A stretch of DNA of 64,000 bases. It comes from Octopus vulgaris. Its lineage: Eukaryota. Shown here in pieces: positions 29,403-64,000 of the stretch. Where the stretch lies: NCBI GenBank assembly GCA_951406725.2, contig OX597838.1, positions 30,380,001 through 30,444,000 on the forward strand, written 5' to 3'. The notes beneath the pieces are model-generated. The model had not been told where the DNA came from, searched no databases, and saw nothing but the letters and a program-made list of their open reading frames with translations. Positions within the stretch are counted from its first letter, which is position 1. Each line of letters begins with the position of its first letter. A program made the position numbers and the translations under genes.

Positions 29403-29441
<39 letters not shown>

Positions 29442-29447
29442 TATATA

Positions 29448-29505
<58 letters not shown>

Positions 29506-29535
29506 ATATATATTTATATTTATATATATATATAT

Positions 29536-29605
<70 letters not shown>

Positions 29606-29954
29606 AGCTTAGAGAAGAAGAAGAAACGAAACCAAACCAAACGAATCGAATCGAATCGACGCGAAGGCGCTCAGTCATACAATAGTGTAATAAATAAAAT
29701 ATATGCGTACATACAAACATATATGTACGTACCTACATCTACATGTATATATACATGCATATATAAATATATATATACGTGTGTACAGGACACCACAAAT
29801 AGACGTAGAACTCAACGAGAAACGAAAACGTAAAAACAGCATGGAACGGACCATTCCTTTAACAACGAAAAAACAGAGTACAAGACAACTACACAAGGAA
29901 AAATCCCCTTCATCAGCTGTCTCTAGTTCAACTCCAGCGTGTTTCGAAGGTGAA

Positions 29955-30047
<93 letters not shown>

Positions 30048-30058
30048 TTTTAAATAAA

Positions 30059-30108
<50 letters not shown>

Positions 30109-30427
30109 GATACGTCTCGACAAAGCTGTTCATAAGTTTATTTTCTAAGCTCATTCCGGACGAGATTCGTTCCACATTTAGTTCGGACTTTACAGAGACG
30201 AAGGGTTGAGTACCACCCGTATCAAGAATGACCACCGACGAGGAGTTGGACTCGTAAAAAAGCTTAACTGACACATTTAAACACTTTCACTTAAAAAATC
30301 ACCGTCAGCACCAACATTGATATTGTCAAGTTCTTTGTCATCACAACCGAAAACTCCAGAAAACATTACTCATTAACAAAAATCAAAAGAAACTTTAAAA
30401 CATATTAACAACATATCAGCTTTACCA

Positions 30428-30480
<53 letters not shown>

Positions 30481-30860
30481 ATCATTATTACTATTCATTA
30501 CTTGTGGCTATGCTGACGGGTAACGACCTAGTCAGGATGAAATGAGCCCTTCAACAGAAGCCTACGACACGAATCACATTGATATGCTCAACAACCTGCC
30601 ATTATAATGAAAGTGTTTTTTTAAAGTCTGTGTTGCGTTGTGTATATGTAGAAAGACATAAACACACACAGACACACAAACACACACACACACACACAAA
30701 ACAACCAGCCAAACATATAACTATATGTATTATATGTGTGTGTGTGTATCTATGTATATATAGTTATTTTCTTTTTAAGTCTGTATTGCGTTGTGTTGAC
30801 AGACTTACTCTTAGAATTCCTGCGTTTATAATAAAAAATTGTTAGTTACTAGTGACAACA

Positions 30861-30901
<41 letters not shown>

Positions 30902-31315
30902 ACACGCACTCTCTCTGTCTTTCGTTGTATTTCTCTCTTAACAACACCTTCTTCTCCTGACCTTCTTCTGAATATACGTTGTAACAGAGGTTATCTTCCT
31001 TTCTGTTTCCTCCCCGTCTTCCCTCCCTCTAATAGGTGTTGTGACGGACAGACATAAAGAGATTAGCTTCTCTTTTATAATATAAAATTATTATCATTAA
31101 AAGTTCTCGAGAATACGAATCTACTGCCTTGTTTTACATTAAATGTTTTAATCAACGTTGTTATGGATTCTTAAGCATTAAATGCAATTACATTCTCTTA
31201 CTCGCTTCACTCACTGGACTACGGCCATTCTGGGTCTCAAGCATTCAAGGCTTTTAGCGAATTATATTCGAATATTCATTTTCATCGATCGCTATCAAAG
31301 AGCCGAGATTAACCG

Positions 31316-31568
31316 ATTGAGTTGTCTCTTCAGAGAATTACATCTGTGTAGAGAAATATCAAGAGGTATTTGCATCCATCAATATTCGAAGTGATTCAGT
31401 ACAGTTTCTACAAAACAAATTACCGATTTCACTCACAAACATTGAGTTGTCTCTTCAGAGAATTACATCTGTGAAGAGAAATATCAAGAGGTGTTTGCAT
31501 CCATCAATATTCGAAGTGATTCAGTACAGTTTCTACATAATAAATTACCAATTTCACACACAAACATT
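31316..31568 (+). repeat. 125-bp tandem duplication
   Basis: attgagttgtctcttcagagaattac... at 31316 and 31441. Confidence 0.85.
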
Positions 31569-31674
31569 AGTCCCGGGTGTCTCAACTTGAGATGGAGCAC
31601 TGAAGCACGTAGTCGTCAAAAGGATTGCTTAACGAACACTGGTATGCTGGACGTTCTATCTATCTATCTATCTA

Positions 31675-32250
<576 letters not shown>

Positions 32251-32338
32251 TTTGATTATACCTTGAATAGTCCTTTTACATATTGAACACTACTTGGTGA
32301 AATTAATTAATAATTAATTGATTTTACCCTTTTATTAT

Positions 32339-32378
<40 letters not shown>

Positions 32379-32433
32379 CTATCTATTTATCTACCTATGT
32401 ACGTGTATATATATATATATATATATATACATA

Positions 32434-32498
<65 letters not shown>

Positions 32499-32682
32499 GC
32501 ATAAATACATTCCTGTAATTTTTTATGATAATAAAATTTTATAAAAAGCCAATATTGTATCCGTTATTATTATCTCGCGATTATCCCTGAATGTATTTCA
32601 CTGTGTATGTATGTATGTATGTATGTATGTATGTATGTATGTATGTATGCATGTATTAATGTAATAATATACATACATATTC

Positions 32683-33062
32683 TTTTATTCTTACACCTGT
32701 TTCAGTCATTTGACTGCGGTCATGCTGGAGCACTACCTTTAGTCGAGCAAATCGAGCCCAGGACTTATTCTTTGTAAGCCTAGTACTTATTCTCTTGGGC
32801 TCTTTTGCCGAACCGTTATGTTATGGAGACTTAAACGCACCAGCATCGGTTGTCAAGCGATGTTGCGGGGGAGCAAATACGAACACACAAACACACACAC
32901 ACATTTGTATGTATAACAGGCTTCTTTCAGTTTCCGTCCACCAAATCCACTCACAAGGCTCTGGTCGGCCCGAGGCTATACTAGAAGACACAAGGTACCG
33001 CGCAGTGGGGCTGAACTCGGAACCATATGGTTGGAAAGCAACTACTTACCTTACCACACAAC
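32683..33062 (-). mobile_element. SINE family B (diverged)
   Basis: Reverse-complement match to the consensus. Confidence 0.8.
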
Positions 33063-33073
33063 CATTCCTATAC

Positions 33074-34189
<1,116 letters not shown>

Positions 34190-34959
34190 CTATGTATATG
34201 TATATATAGATACATACAAACATACATACATACATACATACATACATACATACATACATACATACATACATACATACATACATACGTACAGGCAGACAGA
34301 GAGACATACATATGACATACATATGACTTTACAACCATGCTGGTATGTTTACGTTCCCGAAACTTAGCGGTTCGGCAAAAGAGTTCGATAGAATAAGTAC
34401 TAGACTTACAAAGAATAAGTCCTGGTGTCAATTTCTTCGAGTAAAGGCGGTGCTCCAGCACGGCCGCAATCATATGACCGAAACAAGTAAAAGAATATAC
34501 TTCTTATGGTACACAATAATATTTTAGCAACTTTTTTTTAAAAATAATTCCTGATAGTATTTACAATTGCAGCGTGGAAGGTGTTTATAAGCCTTTTAAA
34601 AAACACACAAAAACCGTTGTTAGTGAATCTAAATTTAATTTGTGCCAAAATATTTTCGTCGCTTTGAAACCGCGACCTGTTCACTGATAAAATTTCATCT
34701 TGCACAAATTGAATCTAACGGTTTTTCTGTGTTTTTTAAATGGCTTATAAACACCGTCTACGCTGCAATTGTTTTTGTTTCAGCACACAGTCTCAGATCA
34801 GGTCTCTTGCTATGCAAGTATATCTCTGTAATGATAACATTTAATTATAAAAATATGATGAAAATTTCTTTTAAACTTCAAATAGCTGTGAGGGTTCCAG
34901 TTGGAATGAAACAAGAACCAAAGAAGTTTAAAGGTGAAAAAAAAATGGTTGAGAACTAC

Positions 34960-35710
34960 GGGCGAAATGCTTAGTGGTATTTCGTATGCCGCTACGTTGT
35001 GAGTTCAAATTCCGCCGAGGTCTACTTTGCCTTTCATCCTTTCGGGGTCGATAAATTAAGTACCAGTTACGCACTGGGGTCGATGTAATCGACTTAATAC
35101 CTATGTCTGTCCTTGTTTGTCCCCTCTATGTTTAGCCACTTGTGGGTAATAAAGAAATAGGTATTTCGCCTGCGTTACGTTCTGAGTTCAAATTCCGCCG
35201 AGGTCGACTTTGCCTTTCATCCTTTCGGGGTCGATAAATTAAGTACCAGTTACGCACTGGGGTCGATGTAATCGACTTAATACCTATGTCTGTCCTTGTT
35301 TGTCCCCTCTATGTTTAGCCACTTGTGGGTAATAAAGAAATAGGTATTTCGCCTGCGTTACGTTCTGAGTTCAAATTCCGCCGAGGTCGACTTTGCCTTT
35401 CATCCTTTCGGGGTCGATAAATTAAGTACCAGTTACGCACTGGGGTTGATGCAATCGACTTAATACCTATGTCTGTCCTTGTTTGTCCCCTCTGTTTTTA
35501 GCCCCTTGTGGGTAATAAAGAAATAGGTATTTCGTATGCCGTTACGTTGTGAGTTCAAATTCCCCCGAGGTCGACTTTGCCTTTCATCCTTTCGAGGTCG
35601 ATAAATTAAGTACCATTTACTCACTGGGGTCGATGTAATCGACTTAATACCTATGTCTGTCTTTGTTTGTCCCCTCTGTTTTTAGCCCCTTGTGGGTAAT
35701 AAAGAAATAG
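34960..35710 (+). mobile_element. SINE family A tandem array (4 units)
   Basis: Same unit, 5' head partly truncated. Confidence 0.85.
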
Positions 35711-36276
35711 GTTGTTATACGGAAATTCACTGTTGGCGACGGAAGCAGTATTAGTTCGAAATTAGTGATCTGTACCTTGTTTTTTTTTTGCTTCAGTCAC
35801 TTGACTGCGGTCATGCTAGAGCACCGCCTTGAAGAATTTTGATCGAAAGAATTGACCCCCGTCCACCCCAAAGAAATTTAAGGTGAGTTCATGATGTTTT
35901 ACTCAAAGTAGTAGTGATGATGGAGGCAATGGGAATAATAATGAGAGAGAGAGAGAGGGGGAGCGGGGGGAGCGGGGAGGAGCGGGCACGTGAGAGAAAG
36001 ATAGAGAGGATGTACAACTTTCCTGGACAGAAATTCCTGTGGTCAACATTACTGAACCAACTACTGAACACTATCATTTTGCTTTATTCTTTGCTTTCTT
36101 GAATACATACATACATACATACATACATACATACATACATACATACGTACATACATATACATACATACATACATACATACACACATACATACATACATAC
36201 GTACGTACATACATACATACATACGTACGTACATACATACATACATACGTACGTACATACATATACATACATACAT

Positions 36277-36321
<45 letters not shown>

Positions 36322-36475
36322 TATATATACGTATATATTTATGCATGTATGTCTATATATATATGTTATATATATGTGTATATATACATATATATATATA
36401 ATATATATGCGTATGCATATGTATGTATGTGTATGTATGTATGTATGTATGTATGTATGTATGTATGTATGTATG

Positions 36476-36506
<31 letters not shown>

Positions 36507-37188
36507 ATCAGAAAGAACAAAAGTTTTCTTTATTGCGTCGTGATGTCATAAGACGTTTCTCTCACCAACGTCATCGCCGCCGCCGCCGCAAAACCACCAC
36601 CACCACCACCACCACCACCACCACCACTACCACCTCCACCACTACCATTACCGCCACCGCTGCCGCCACCGCCGCCGCCACCGCCTCCGCCACAGCAATC
36701 ACCGATAGTATTACCACTGCCTCTCCCCCACCCCTCTACTGCCAAAACTATTTCCTTCTACTTTCAAAATAAGGACTCAAATTTTTTTTTTTTATTAATT
36801 TGCTTGTTTTTATATTTTATTTATGTCTTTGTTTTTGTTTTTTTTTTTTGTTTTCCTGACAAAAAGTATTTTTGTAAAAAGACACATTCAGTTAGTATTT
36901 TACTGGTTTTCTCTGTTATCGAAACCGTTCCCTACGAACACGGATGTAAAGACAGACATCAGTTTGCTGATAACAGTAAGACATCGCTGGTTGGTACACT
37001 GCTGTTAAAACAACCAATCAGAACCGAGTTGTGTCGTCGTCGTCGTCGTCGTCATCATCGTCTCTGTTAGTTTTATTTTCGTTTTCTTTATTTTTAGCAG
37101 TTCTTTTTTTATTGTTTATTTGCTATATTTATTGTTTGTTTGATATCTGAAAGAAAACATTGGGGCGGGGCTGGAGTGCCGCGAAACG

Positions 37189-64000
<26,812 letters not shown>

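Overview
Eukaryotic, AT-rich, microsatellite-saturated DNA. The SINE repertoire and repeat density suggest a coleoid cephalopod (octopus-like) genome; this is an inference. Almost all ORFs in the supplied track are simple-repeat or SINE artefacts. Two real multi-exon + strand genes were reconstructed by hand from GT-AG sites with consistent phases. (1) A secreted protein of about 527 aa (CDS 10636-27311, 12 exons) with a poly-Met signal peptide encoded by an (ATG)n/(ACG)n repeat, a MIDAS-intact VWA domain, a Thr/Pro-rich linker built from six phase-1 microexons (one recently duplicated), and a MIDAS-dead second VWA domain. (2) A divergent STE20/PAK-like Ser/Thr kinase (37189 to beyond 64000, at least 10 exons) that lacks a CRIB domain, is non-RD (HLD) and has an N-terminal Cys-Cys-Cys. 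The rest is three tRNA-derived SINE families (one forming headless tandem arrays), R4/Dong-, Tx1/L1-, CR1- and Penelope-like retroelement fragments sorted by microsatellite type, non-autonomous Helitrons, MITEs, a DD37D transposase relic and a solo LTR. The most striking unexplained signal is a set of hammerhead ribozyme motifs. Three are well-formed type I hammerheads: two lie inside long fold-back (inverted repeat) elements near (TA)n and one lies just upstream of a Penelope RT relic. Several minimal or non-canonical variants also occur. All structure calls are by eye and need covariance-model and biochemical confirmation.
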